Positions 27,664 to 40,994 of a stretch of DNA of 64,000 nt are shown piece by piece; the first letter of the stretch is position 1; every line of letters starts with the position of its first letter. The stretch lies in the NCBI GenBank assembly GCA_951406725.2, contig OX597832.1, forward strand, positions 15,376,001 to 15,440,000. Direction: 5' to 3'. The position numbers were made by a program, and so were the translations under genes. Source of the stretch: Octopus vulgaris. Taxonomy: Eukaryota. The notes beneath the pieces were generated by a model. It saw nothing but the letters and a program-made list of their open reading frames with translations, was not told the origin of the DNA and ran no database searches.

Positions 27664-27886
27664 GTTCCTTCACGAGCCATGCAAGGCCCTAAAGGGCCGG
27701 TTTTCCCGGTTTCAGTGGAGTAGAATTATCCCACCTGGATGGGACGCTGGTGCGTCGCAGGATTACTCATTTTTGCCAGCTGGGTGGACCGGAGAAACGT
27801 AAAATGAAGTGTTTTACTGAAGAACACAACGTATCGCCCGGTCCAGGAATCGAAACCGCAATCTAACGATCATGAGTTCGACATCC

Positions 27887-27888
<2 letters not shown>
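27664..27888 (-). mobile_element. tRNA-derived SINE (family B) inserted in (TA)n
   Basis: Minus-strand B-box ggtttcgattcc; 3' part (cctgcgacg..gcgtccc.tccaggtggg..) shared with 56662-56922. Confidence 0.75.
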
Positions 27889-27937
<49 letters not shown>

Positions 27938-29558
27938 ATGTAATATATTTCATGTATGTGTTTTGTCTAGTTGACTTTTAGTCGCTGCATATTTCCATGG
28001 AAAGTCCCTATAAGAATTAATAAGACAACACGTAACTCAAAACCACGCAAACAGGAATCGAATTGTATGAGACAAAAACCAGTGCATAACGATAATTTGC
28101 ACTTATTTCAGCTCATCAGCACCCTATACGCGAGTTACCCTGCTGCCGAATTCGAAATAAAAGTAAACTGGCAATATCCAGTTGAAAAGATTTTAAACAA
28201 AACATTTCTATTAAATACTTGACTTCAATAAATTTTACAGAATTTTTATTGCTTCTGACAAAATTTTATTTTATTTTACTTGTGCGGCTTTGTCACTTGT
28301 CTGCAAATACTTTTTAAACTTCCAGTATGTACACAAGACCAGAATATCGAATTTGCTGCTATGAGATGAAATGCGAAAAATTGATATATAAATCATGCCA
28401 TTATTTAGCAATATAGCAAATGGACGGAATATGTTGTGTTTCATGTTGGCATTGCCTCATATTCATTACCTGCACTTTAAGAGATTTGGCTATTTGGGTT
28501 TTCTTTTTCTCATAATTCTCGAATTCATACGGTGGAGTAACTATGTTTACAAACCATGTGTAATATGTTCTTGTTAGAATAAAATTAGTTTCCGAACATC
28601 GCCACATTTACTTGTTTACTAATTAAAGCGATATTTCTTCATTGTTCCATGCACCGCACCAACTCTTCCTTCAAGGTATTTGGTAATCCAAATTAACAAT
28701 TCAGTCAGCAAATGCACGTAACTTTTCATCATTACGTGACATACTTAGATTTCAGCGCCACCTCTCGCTAATGAAAGACTTGATTCTGAATTTGCCATTC
28801 CCATGTGTTTCTGCAAATAACAAATCTTCCGAAATTAAATTGTCTGAATCTTCCCACCTTCGCTTCTATCAAGCAATAATTTGTTAATTATTGCTAGCAA
28901 TACACATAATTCCCTCCCGATTCTATATCTGCAGCGAAATCCCTTAGCACACCTGTGCACATAGGCGAACACAGACACACACACACACACGCACACACAA
29001 GCACGTACAAACACAGCCACACACAAAGAGAGAAACGCCAACACATCCAAAAACACGCGCGCACCCGAGTGCATACCATTTCAGCAATGCTTTGTGCAGT
29101 AAAAGTCAATTTATTTCCGCTCGAAAGTGCATTTAAAATAGTAAAAAGTAAAAAGGTATTATTATGTGTTTTTTTTTTACATATTTCAATAAACAATTGA
29201 TAATTACATGAAGGATTGAATAAGGGTGTATAGTTAATGAAGAATCACTTTGAGATAAATTTTGCGTCGTACAATTCAACATTTTCTATAGCACAAATGT
29301 ATCTGAGTCTTATTATATCTTTCGATTCTCTCCGCACCTATACTTCAACCGTGTTGGAGAGAACCCGAGCATAATAAACATACTTGACTACATTCATATA
29401 AAATCCAACGTGCGTGTCTATGATATATATACGTACATGCATACATACACACATATATATATATATATATGTATATGTATGCATAAATATACATATAAAT
29501 GTATATATATGCATACATACCTACACACATACATACACGCACGCACATATACATGTAC

Positions 29559-29659
29559 ACGACCCTAGCGTACGTTAATTCAAATTACATTGAAGGTGAA
29601 ACACTTTACGCGTTTGTTGACTGTTAACGTAAGTTGAATTTAACGTACGATAGTGTCGT
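29559..29659. repeat. About 100-bp imperfect palindrome (MITE-like hairpin)
   Basis: acgaccctagcgtacgttaattcaaattac vs reverse complement of gtaagttgaatttaacgtacgatagtgtcgt; centre acgcgt. Confidence 0.8.
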
Positions 29660-30299
29660 ATAAAGATGGATTTTTGTATCCTAAATTTGCAGTAGAATCT
29701 GCCGCTGGGGCAGTTTAGATTCATGTTAAAGAACTTGACGCATAGTCACAGGAATGTGAGGTTCAGTCCCATCGCTAGCCGCCGACATTGTTATCCAGTT
29801 CGTCCTATATTATCTACATTATCCTGCGTTTCAGAATAAAACTATTATTATCTGTATCTTTGATATATATATATATCGTTTTGGCAACTAAGATCCAAGG
29901 CCCTAGTTCACTCAAACTAGTAAGCTCAGGAATTAACGAACGGAGACCACACCTGTTCACCATCCAGGTATAGGCACAGATTCCTCAGCCCCCGCACATG
30001 TCAGTGCATCAGAAGCCAAGGCCTCCCTAGCCCTCCCTTTAGCAAATGTTGACAGCAAACAGCACGCTTTGTAAGAGGATTTCTACCCATCGAAGAATGC
30101 AGAAGAAAGTGAGATGCGGTAAATGTAAATTTATTTTTTTGGAAAAGGCTGTGATTGAGAAACTACATACGGTTAACGTAAAGTCCCTTTTGCGAATGCA
30201 TGTTTCTCTCTGTTCGGCTAAATTGGTCTATGTCTAAACAAGACAGTGAGACAAAGGCAATAGTATATTATTAACTCTTTCTCCATATAACTTAATGAA

Positions 30300-30900
30300 A
30301 ATGATTGAAATGTGCAGCCGTTGTAGAAGAGTCAGTATCGTTAATTTGGTCGGCTGATGTATGCAGAGGACATGGTGTTACTAGCCATATTAAGGGATGA
30401 TCACCTGCAAAGATGGATGATGTTCACTGCCGAGGGTTGCATGATACCAATGAAAATAGTGTTGCGAAGCCCCCAATATTAACCATCTCATGAAAGTTTT
30501 CCTTTTCTACTCTGCGTGTTAGACAAATCTCGGTGAAATAAGTGGACAGGGTTAAGTGTCTCGGGGTCCTATTCAAGAGTGGTAGACTTCAGGAAAGTAA
30601 ATTAGACACATGAGTTTCATGTTGTGGCAAAGTAATGCAAGGGGTCAATGTATTCGATCTTCATGAATAAAGAGGCTATTCAAAACCAACAACATTAATT
30701 TTGTGACATTTTAGTGGCTATATTTACCTATGGGTTTAATTGTTAGGGAATTCCTGAAAATGTATGTTTATGAGATACAGAGGACCGCAATGAGTTTCCT
30801 CCGAGTAATATGCGGAGAAACGTTTTTCGAGGGTGTAAGTAGCTCAGTCATCTAGGTGTCGCTCCACCTCGATCATCTGCAACCACATTTCGAGGGCCTG
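30300..30900 (+). mobile_element. Possible decayed LINE RT-thumb fragment
   Basis: Only VDRVKCLGVLF (vs V..KYLGV) near 30542. Confidence 0.25.
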
Positions 30901-31609
30901 AACGATGGACAGTAATCATTATGCTTTCAAAAGAATCACAACACGTGTTCGAATCTAAATCAAACGGTAGGAGCCCTACTGGTAGAACAAGAACAAGTTG
31001 TTTAGATTATATATACATTATCACCTTTCATTGCACTTTGGACTCCGAACGGAAATTCTAATACCACTGTGTCTGATAGCACATCATACAGATGATGTGT
31101 GAGGACTATACACCCATGAATCTCGCAGGAAAAATGGGCAGAGATAATTTCGTCTCTGTACCTATGATCTATACGAATTACTTAGATTTGCATATTGTGG
31201 GTCCAACCTTTCATAATTATATTGTGAAATGCAAATTATTTATGAATTTTTAAAGATAGAAAATGAATACCATTGCATTGTGGTTTTTATACTGAGATGG
31301 TAAGTTCAGGCCATACGCGTTCATTGATTATTTGCGACCTGATGTACAGTATGGAAAACATTTATATGATTATAGATGTGGCACATGGGAGGGTTTTAAT
31401 GACTTAATGCGAATATGAAATTATAAACGCTATTGTTCCAAGCAAAACATTTCTAAATATTAAGCATTTAAGATTTACACTTAATAAGTGTCAATGAGTG
31501 TCCACAATAGCGACGGTAAAATTAGTGTTTCAAAGGGAAAGAAAATGAATTCTTCCCTATTAGGACACATTAACACACTTAGATGCACAATGCTTAAACA
31601 CATTCTCAC

Positions 31610-31670
<61 letters not shown>

Positions 31671-31768
31671 AATATATATGCCTATCTATGTATCTATCCT
31701 TCTATCTATCTATCTACCTATCTCTCTCTCTTTCTCTCTCAAAGGTAGATAGATAAATAGAAGGATAG

Positions 31769-31854
<86 letters not shown>

Positions 31855-32429
31855 GTGGTGTGTTATGATTTGTATATACATATAGCAAGACAATTCTGTT
31901 TACACATAGACAGAAACATACATATACGAACATACACTCGCGTCAATATTTATGAGACAGTTGCTGATAAAAGACGATGCATCAAAAGTTTTTGGCACGA
32001 ATATAATCGTTAGATTCTCTGAGGTGCTGTAATATTTAACCCAGACGTAACCTTTTGGCCATCATATTTCAAAATATTGAAGGAAATTTGTTGAAAAAAT
32101 CAATGTAAAACACCCACATGCATCCTATCATACGCAAGTATACCCACACGTACTGACATTCATATATGCTATCTTCATATATATTTTGGCATGGAATGCA
32201 TAAAACTATACTTGTTTTGATGTTTTGTGTACTCGTATACACTCAGGCGTACGCGCACAATCCAACACACACGGAGACACTAAAACATTTAACAGTTCGC
32301 CTGTGTATATGATATGATGCAATTGTTATGTATCTCCATGTATCTTTAAAATGATAAGTGAAGTAAAATCGTTACAACCACAAATATAAAAAGTCTGCGA
32401 TGTTGTATGTTTGTGATAATGATATCCCC

Positions 32430-34330
32430 ATCTGATCGAATGTTTTCTTCAACATAGTTTCACATGTTCAGTCCACAACTGGATGAACGTCTCAGTGTGT
32501 TCCCTCAACCAACCACTGCCTGATGTTTTTTTCTCCATACTTGGGTACCAGAGAACTGAACAAACTCTTCATTCCAAATTCTGCACTGTGTGCCCATTCT
32601 TGTTTCTGTTGACATGGTGTTCAATCTGTTAATTTAAAATTACTTGTATTGTCCAAATAGGTAAATCGCTAAGAACACCTCAGAGTTTAAAAAAAGAAAT
32701 CTACATAACACCTGTTACATAAGTTGCCATTTTTACCCTATTGTTTCTTTAGATATCCATTTTGTTATTCTTAAGCATTCCCTACCCTATTATTCTGTGT
32801 TGCACTTAATATATTTTCAGTGCTCGAGTACCAGTGCTTCTGAGGCAAATTTAACGATCGGCAGTGGAGAGAAAACGTCTCTTTCTAGTCACATAAGTAA
32901 ATTACTGTTCGCGATCTGATTAATTTTGACTGAAGGACTCTAATACTAATTTCATTCGTCGTTCAATCTATTTTGTCAGATTTTTATCCTTTAAGCATAT
33001 AAGTGTTTCAACTAGGTGCATTGATTTACGTGTTGAAATATTTCATCATATAACACTTCATTTATAGCTATGATTAGTTGCTTGGTGATTATCTTCGTTT
33101 CATTAACATTAATTCTGAGTCGACATTTTAGTTTTTATGTGTTAGTTTCTTGAACATATCTCTTGCATCTTTAATGCTCCTGGAACTGAGTACAATACTC
33201 TCAGTTAATCTGAGAAGATTTAGAATGTATCTCTTTATATTTATTTCTTCATCTGGCACATGTAAGATTCTAAAATCCTCTTACAGTATAGATGTGAATA
33301 ATTTGGGTTATATGGTGTCTCCTTATCTGAATCCGTTACCAATATGTTGTTTATTGCTGTTATAATTCTACAATTGGTATACGCATCTCTAATTACTTTA
33401 CATAGTCTGCATTGATTCCTTTTCTTTCCGGTGCTCTTATAATATCATCAATTTCCATGGAATAAAAAAAAATTGAAAATCTTGAAATCGTATTTTGTAG
33501 GTTTGGTATTTTTTCTCAGTTAGTTTATAGGATTATGTGGTCTAATGTATTATACTTTCTCCTGAAACTTATCTGTTCTGCAGAAGTGTTCTCATCCAGC
33601 TTTCTCTCAATTCTGTTTCATATAATTTTTCAGAAGCTCTTCCACATGGGTGATAACAGACTTATTTGGCTGTAGTTCTTTAGGTCTTTGGCATTCCAAT
33701 TTTTTATAGATACAGTTGATTTCCGAACATCTATTGCTATTGTAAATAAGTTACCTAGTTCCTCCTCAGTGCTTGCACCAACAACATTTTTTTATGTTTA
33801 TTTCAATCCGATCTGGAGCAGCAGATTTCCATTTTGTCCATTTCGTTTATAACATTTCGAACTACTGCCTCCAAATCATCTGCGACGCTTTGTTTTGAAT
33901 TTATGTGGGAAACGTTTTTGATTGATATAGTTTTACATAGAATTCTTTCATAATTTCTAATATTTATACATCTTCTATAAGTTACTTTCCCTCATAATCA
34001 TTTAGACTAATGATCGTGTTACATGTCATAATTGTGTTTTAGCTTAGTTTTTGTGAAGACTTTTCTCGTTTTCAGTTATTTACCTAAACACCACCATATC
34101 TGTCTTTTATTTTCTTTCATTTGTTTCTTATTGTTTTGCTTAATTTAGTATATTCAATGTTTCTGTAAATGCGCCTCCTCTCATTGTTCTTCGGATATTT
34201 ATGAAATTCATAATACCTCTCTGTAATGATGTTTTCATGTTTTTCTTCTTACTATTTTAGATGTAGTTCCCACAGCCGTGCTCAATAACAATATATGTAT
34301 TACACCATCGGTATTTCTCAGTATTGCTAC
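32430..34330 (-). mobile_element. Decayed RTE-clade LINE (RT region)
   Basis: Minus strand: AKDLKNYSQISLLS..KII*NRIERKLDENTSAEQISFRR; GFR*GDTI*PKLFTSIL (vs GVRQGDTISPKLFT); C-terminal WAH..WYP..ETFIQLWT. Confidence 0.8.
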
Positions 34331-34529
34331 TGGGCATGTTGTCCCGAACAATATGAAATATATTTTTCCAGGTTAAATAGAATAGGAGTCTGAGGCTTTT
34401 GGCCGTACTGTGTTCCCAACAAACTCCTTGTCACTTCCTTATGTTCTTTTCCCTTTCTTAAGTATTCATTATTTGTATTTTGCATGTCACAAATTTATGG
34501 TCAATTCCCTCTAGTAGCTGTTATGATAA

Positions 34530-34860
34530 AGCAACTGAAATATTTTACAGGTAGTTTCACAGTCCTATCAAACAAGAGAAAGTGAACCATACATTAGGTG
34601 TAAGCCAATTGAAGGTGACAGTGTATATCAAGAATTATAAAAATACGAATGGTACCGGAAAATATGGATAGGGGACAGGAAATAACAAAGGACAATGATT
34701 AATTGAATTCGCATTCTACGAATTCTATTCTCCATTAACGGAAATGAAAGAAAATGGACAAGCAAATTTTCTGGAGATGGAACGAGGAATAAAAATTATC
34801 CATAATATCAAGCGACCAAAATATAGTTCAGGATGTGTCGGCTGTCAAAGAATTGTTTAC
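34530..34860 (+). mobile_element. RTE-like apurinic endonuclease fragment, opposite orientation
   Basis: GKYG*GTGNNKGQ*LIEFA..RKWTSKFSGDGTRN..IVQDVSAV (vs G.RN.RG..L..FA, RKWTW.SP.G.TKNEID, IV.DV.V). Confidence 0.65.
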
Positions 34861-36125
34861 TTAACCTTCTTGAATATGTTCCATTACCATATTGAGTAAT
34901 TAAATCGATTAACTGATTGGCTTCCAAAATAAACCGAAATGCTGCTCCGGCGTGAAAGATCATTTTGATAATGTGAACAATGATTTTGCTTTTAAATTTC
35001 AGTATATTATTTCAGATATGAAATGAAACATCAACATCCAAAACCTCCAAAATAGACGGACGATTAGTTTGTACATCGTAGAAACAAAGAAAATCTAGTC
35101 TTTGCACGCCGATTTATAATATCTAGTTTCCGAACTGTCATAGGCCAACCAAGTATAAACTATCGCTTAGGTTTAGCTTAAGAATTTCTGTAAGAGAATG
35201 CACTAAATATCTACATCTGCAAAGGCAGTACAGTCATGTGTGCAATTCTTATAGTATCAGTAGCCATTAAAATAAACAACGATAAGAAGAACGGAAATGT
35301 TGTTGCTTGTATGCATCTCCAAAACAGCCGAACATAGGGACCTCACCAATGACATGTATCCTCGTCGGTAAAAACACGGTGTCACACAGATGATACTGTC
35401 CCTGACGAAGTAAGTGCAGTTATCACGAAATTTCTGTATCCCAAGTGCAACATTGTAATTTGCACTCTACACAATTACCTATATAAATTGTGTAAACTAA
35501 TAATTTATTCGTATCGTATCTGATGATGGCAATTCATATAAGACTTTAACTTCAAATCACAGTTAGAAAAACATAGTAGCATTTAGAGTTTACAGCTCAC
35601 AAAATCTACTTCAAGTGCATTTAATTTTGTAATATTTTTTATCACAACTCTGGTAGTCTGAATTTGGTTTGTTTTAAAAAAAAAGAATTTTGAAATTTAA
35701 GAATATCGAATTATTTCAGATCATGTTGCTAAGGGGAGAAATATTTTTGCAAAAGTAAATATTTAGAAGGATTTCTTCCCGAAACGCTGCTAGAAAACAC
35801 GTGTGAAAATAAAACATTGATATCACGAATAATGCGTCCTAGTATGATATTTAGAGACAGCCAACATACATTTTTCATAATTGTTCCATAGATTTCAGTG
35901 GAATATTTCAAGTATTGGCATATCAATGTTATAAATGAATTAGGCTTCAATTTCTCACCAGCAATCTCGGTGTAAGAATATGAATGGGTAGAAGGTTGAG
36001 TGCTATACATTATTATTCTGTTTATTTTAATTCAAAATTTTGCGAGGAAATACCACGACTATGTTTATCTAACGTTCAAATAAAATTAAAGTCGTAGTTA
36101 TGTTAGAGTAAAGGCAAATCACTAT

Positions 36126-36343
36126 GTAGTTTAATATTTAAGAGATAAGGGATTAAATACAATATTTACACTATTTACTTTGGATGGATATTTCTCCTTA
36201 TCATGTTTGTTGTTAACACAAAGTTTCCGCTGACATACCCTCCAGGCTTCATCGGGTGCTCTAAGGATTTTTGGAGGCTGGGTTCTCATTTCGAACGTAT
36301 TTTTTCGATGTTATTCTCATCATCGTCGTCGTCGTCATCGTCG

Positions 36344-36392
<49 letters not shown>

Positions 36393-36710
36393 TAACCCAC
36401 AACCACCATCACCATAATCATCGTTATCGTCGTCGTCACCATCATCATCATCATCATCATCATCATTATCCCCACCACCAGCATCACCATCATCATCGTC
36501 ATCGTCGTCATCATCATCATCATTATCATCACCATCCTCATATAATCATCATCAACATCATCATCATCGTCGTCATCTTTGCCATCATCATAATCAGGGT
36601 GTATCAGCTGAGACGTGTTAACTACAAACAAGATGAGGCCAAATATCCTTTCAAATGTAAAAAATGTAAATATTGTACATAATACCTCATCCCTTAAATA
36701 TAGAACTGTA
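36126..36710. mobile_element. Inverted pair of hammerhead-bearing pLTR-like fragments around a (CAT)n tract
   Basis: Reverse complement of 36126-36241 resembles 36596-36710 (roughly three-quarters identical by eye). Minus-strand gcac-CCGATGA-agcctg..cagcg-GAAA-cttt-gtgt at 36259-36215. Confidence 0.7.
36316..36595. repeat. (CAT)/(CGT)/(CAC)n microsatellite
   Basis: Direct read. Confidence 0.9.
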
Positions 36711-37570
36711 TCACAGAGTTTGTTGAAAGAGAAAACTCATTTCATTCTTTTAGAGGAATACGATTTCCTGCTTCTATTTGAGAAGGCAGGTCTGTCTTTC
36801 AAGCAATATCATTCAAATATATGTAACTGAACTTCGTCTATCTATATGTAAATTAAGTCGTTCTTGTGCTTAACACAACGATGTTAATGAACATATACGA
36901 GAAGAGATATATTATATTGTGAATATCTTTTTTTTATAAAATCGTCCATTCAGCTATCTCATATTTACCTAAGTTTTCTATGAATGAACATATACGCATA
37001 TGTTACGCCCCTCTACCAACACTGCTATACAACAATACATACACATATCTGTACTTGAGTATTCAGTAAAAGTGTTTATATCTGTAAAACATGTGAAAGT
37101 AAATATATTCATTCAATTAAAGTATCACATTTAAAATGTCATATTCACCATATCTGTATAACGTCGGAGATGGAGAAAATAAAATTGAATGTTAAATTGC
37201 TTCATTAAACACGTTTCGAAAACAATACAGTGCACGCACGCTTCTAAATTGGGAGAAACGTATTGAAACATTCTGTGAAGAAGTAAAAAAATAAACCAGT
37301 GTGTGAAGCGAAAATATTAACATACAAACTAACAATGCCAAACTATGTAGATTATTTGGAAACAGATAATAGGCTATAAATAGGATGTAAATATGAAAAA
37401 ATTGTTGGAAATTTCGAAATATTCTGTAAGATATATTTTCGCTATTATGCTAAAATGAATTTCATAACGACGGCTTTCCTTATACTTGAAAACAATAATT
37501 GATCTTTCACTATACAATGATATGTCAGTATGTACATAGGTATGATTATATGTATGCATGTATGTATATA

Positions 37571-37864
37571 TCTTTATATATAAAAGTCAAGTTGTGTGTC
37601 TGTCTCCTACGATTTAGTTTCCTAACTACTCCCACATTTTGCAGTGCAGTTTAACCAAAACCGGGTATCTTATAGTCGTGATTCATATCGAGCCCTTCTG
37701 GGTATTAGCGCGAGTCTACGATGTGTCTACGATTTTAAAAAAAAAATTACCATAATTTTTTTTCCATTTTTAATGCATTCTTTTGCTATTTTTTGGCTAT
37801 AACTCTCTAAAAATGTATATACAGTTATTTCCCTTACAAACCCGAGCAACGCCGGGCGATACTG

Positions 37865-37868
<4 letters not shown>
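37571..37868 (+). mobile_element. Non-autonomous Helitron
   Basis: 5' TC(tttatatataaaag) after A; 3' hairpin cccg-agcaacgc-cggg at 37841-37856 then ..tgCTAT (CTAG variant). Confidence 0.7.
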
Positions 37869-37910
<42 letters not shown>

Positions 37911-37931
37911 ATGTATGTGTGTGTGTATGTA

Positions 37932-37964
<33 letters not shown>

Positions 37965-37966
<2 letters not shown>

Positions 37967-38066
37967 AGGCGCAGTGTTTAGGGCAGCGGACTCGCGGTCG
38001 GCGGATCGTGGTTTCGTTACCCAGACCGGGCTTTGTGAGTGTTTATTGAGTGAAAACACCTAAAAA
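37965..38066 (+). mobile_element. tRNA-derived SINE head (family B-related), 3'-truncated
   Basis: ggaggcgcag..tagggcagcggactcgcggtc..ggtttcgttacccagaccgggc resembles the heads of 27664-27888 and 56662-56922. Confidence 0.65.
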
Positions 38067-38433
38067 TGATAAACTGATACTACCTTGTTGAGGTGATTCG
38101 ATAGCCCTTGCAAGTCACACGTCACGAATTCGTCTTCGGACTTTGCAGACTTAACGTCTGCAGATGTTGCCAGTGTATGGACTGGAAGGGCAGTGGCATC
38201 TAAGTCAGTCTGCTGGGACATTATTTGGGACCTTCTATCTTGAGTTTTGTCACGCCGATGTATACTGGCTTTGATGCCTGCATAGCGCAGTCTACTAATG
38301 CGAGCTCTCCTCCTCCTAGGTGGCATTGCAGGGTTATCCCAGAAGCAAAAGTTCAGCGCGTTGAAATCGAATGCCTGAATGATGTTTGTCGTAGTATTGT
38401 TTGCTGAGCGGGTTTAGAAAATTCGCTTCTGTA

Positions 38434-39035
38434 GATGGTTACGTGAAGGAAGTGCTAACGTGCAAATATTGGAGTTTTGGAGTGACTGCACATTGTAGAA
38501 ACTGTGTAAATGTTACAACTCGGCATGAGTAAAACCTGAGAAGGTAATATGGATTAATTTCTAAAGGGATTAAAAAGATAATTGAAAGTTCAAAGTAGAT
38601 TTAAATTGGATAGCTACGTGAAAAATGAGCTAATATGCAACAAATATGAACAGTTTGCACTGAACGTTTATTCTAAAAACTGTATAACTACCGCAACTTG
38701 GTATGAGTACAAGGAGAGAATATAATATGGGTTAATTAATTAAGGCAATTAAAAATAATTAAAAGTTGATTGAAATTGCATTGCTATCTGAAGATGGTTA
38801 CGGGAAGGAGGTGCTACTATGCAAATATCGCAGGTTTGCAGTGAATGGACATTAGTAAAACATTATAACTGTCAGTGTTTGGTATGAGTAAACGAAGAGA
38901 ATATAATAGGGATTAAATTCTGAGGGGATTAAAAAGATAATTAAAAGTTGATTTAATTTGGATGGCTGCATGAAGGAAGTGCTAACATGCTAATATGCAA
39001 ATATTGTGGGTCTGCAGTGAATGTGCAGTGAAGTA
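38434..39035. repeat. Diverged tandem repeat, about 3.4 units of 168-184 bp
   Basis: Unit starts gat(g/a)g(t/c)t.c..gaa at 38434, 38609, 38793, 38961; shared tgagtaaa..gagaa..taat..g.ttaa and attaaaaagataatt. Confidence 0.85.
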
Positions 39036-40772
39036 TACAAATATATTGGAGATAATTAAGTTCTGAATTTTACTGGGCAAAGAGTTACCTCCCTTGTCCT
39101 AAATAGTCACAGTACAACAGGAATTGAGATTTTCTCAACCTAGAAGCTCCATTATTTTATATTAATCCATAGGTGAAAATGTAAAGAATGTAGAAGCATG
39201 CGTGGAACATAAGTGTTATATATATCAAGCGAGAACGAAATCGGTTGAAAACCCTTGATTTTAACGGGTTTCAAATAAATGGTCTTTTACACAAAAACAC
39301 ACACCCACATACATGTACACACACACACACCCATATTCATGTACACACACACACACACACCGATACACATTATGCATTCATTATAATATGATTGGTTTTT
39401 GCATGTACTTAGGCTATAAACAATAAACATCCATATAGCATCTATAGAAAATAGAAAGATGTTATGTATAAAAACAAAACGTGATGCTTCTAATTCGCCA
39501 TCGCTAGTGGCGATGTATAACCGCGATTGGTGATATGGAACAGTAAAACTATGATTACAGTCCCCTACATGTTGTCCTATCAGGGGTATGCATATTATGC
39601 CGAATTACTGTTCAATTCTTCAAGCCACACGTTTAAGGATATTTATTTACTTGTCTTATATACCATGTATACCAGCAAGCTAAAACTCCATTTTCACTGA
39701 TACGAATAATTTCGTTTGAAATTAATATATTTACTCAACATATAATTCATAAGCATAAGCGCGTGAAAATGTATTTCCTAAGCATATTTCAACTTATTTA
39801 AGTGTGATAAACCCTTATAAAATTTCAACTAAGTAACTCAATTTACTGCATTATCATGTATATTTTTAGGTGTATTTCCTGTATATTATTGATCTTTGCA
39901 GAACAAATGTTCAACGGAATCTGATACACATACACATCACGAATACTCAAGTACGCGCAGATACAGATAGCTATTTGCAAAGAATATTACTGTTGAAGAG
40001 AAATACGATGTAAGTTTGAGTACGTCAGTAAAGCTATATGCATTTATCAATATATATGTATCTGCTTTGATATTACTAATATCATCTGAATGGAATTGTG
40101 TAGCTAGGCGGAACTGCTACGTGGAAATCCTATTTAATGTATATAAGTTTATATTTTTCTTCAACTTCTGTTAGTGAAGGATATACCCACTAAATCGAGT
40201 TACTAGTTCCCATTTGATGTGTGATATTTTCAGCATCACAGTCAGATAAAATTTCAGAAATATTTGAATATCAGCAATATTGTTCACAATAATGATTTTA
40301 AAATAATATCGGAACTATCACTATCTTGTAATAACGGGAACATATAACATATCGAAATCAAACAATACTTTCATATAAAATGAAACATTATTATTGAACA
40401 CATTGTGAAATCAATGGAAATATGGGCAAACATGGGATAACTGTATGTATTTATGGATATGGATGCCGACGACGATAGCAATGCTGCTTCATTCCTGCTC
40501 ATGACTATTACAATGAAGATGACGATAATACTGATGTTTATGATATGGAGGAGAGGCAAGAGAATAGATATAATACAGATTAATGTGAGCTTGTTTAGAT
40601 ATGCATTTATTTACATCGTATATCCTATCGATTCAGTTTGGTATAGTATACGTGTTGTATCAATGCATTTTACAGATATATGAATGATCTTTTAAACATA
40701 TTTCAATATTTTACTGAGTACGTATAAATGCATTTTTAAGGAATAATTCGCTGCGGTCGTAATGCTGTATCA

Positions 40773-40816
<44 letters not shown>

Positions 40817-40994
40817 TCTTCTATGCTATTTATGTTTATTTCAATATATTTTATGTATACATCAAAGTAATTTTATGAATTTGTTATGTAGATATGTATA
40901 CATTTTAATGCCTTTTTTCAATAAAATATTTATACTTATTTCAATGCCACGTAATGTGTAAGCAGAGAGAAATGCAATGCACGTTCAAAGTAGT

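Noticed and set aside
28095-28125. Minus-strand CTGATGA-gct-GAAA (similar case near 4900-4920)
   Set aside because: No stem II or stem I; at 28.1 kb no valid NUH site either.
35392-35440. CTGACGA...CGAAATTTC hammerhead-like motif
   Set aside because: Stems I and II do not pair next to the core.
38434-39035. Regularly spaced repeats as a possible CRISPR array
   Set aside because: Whole units are homologous, there are no unique spacers or cas genes, and the context is eukaryotic.
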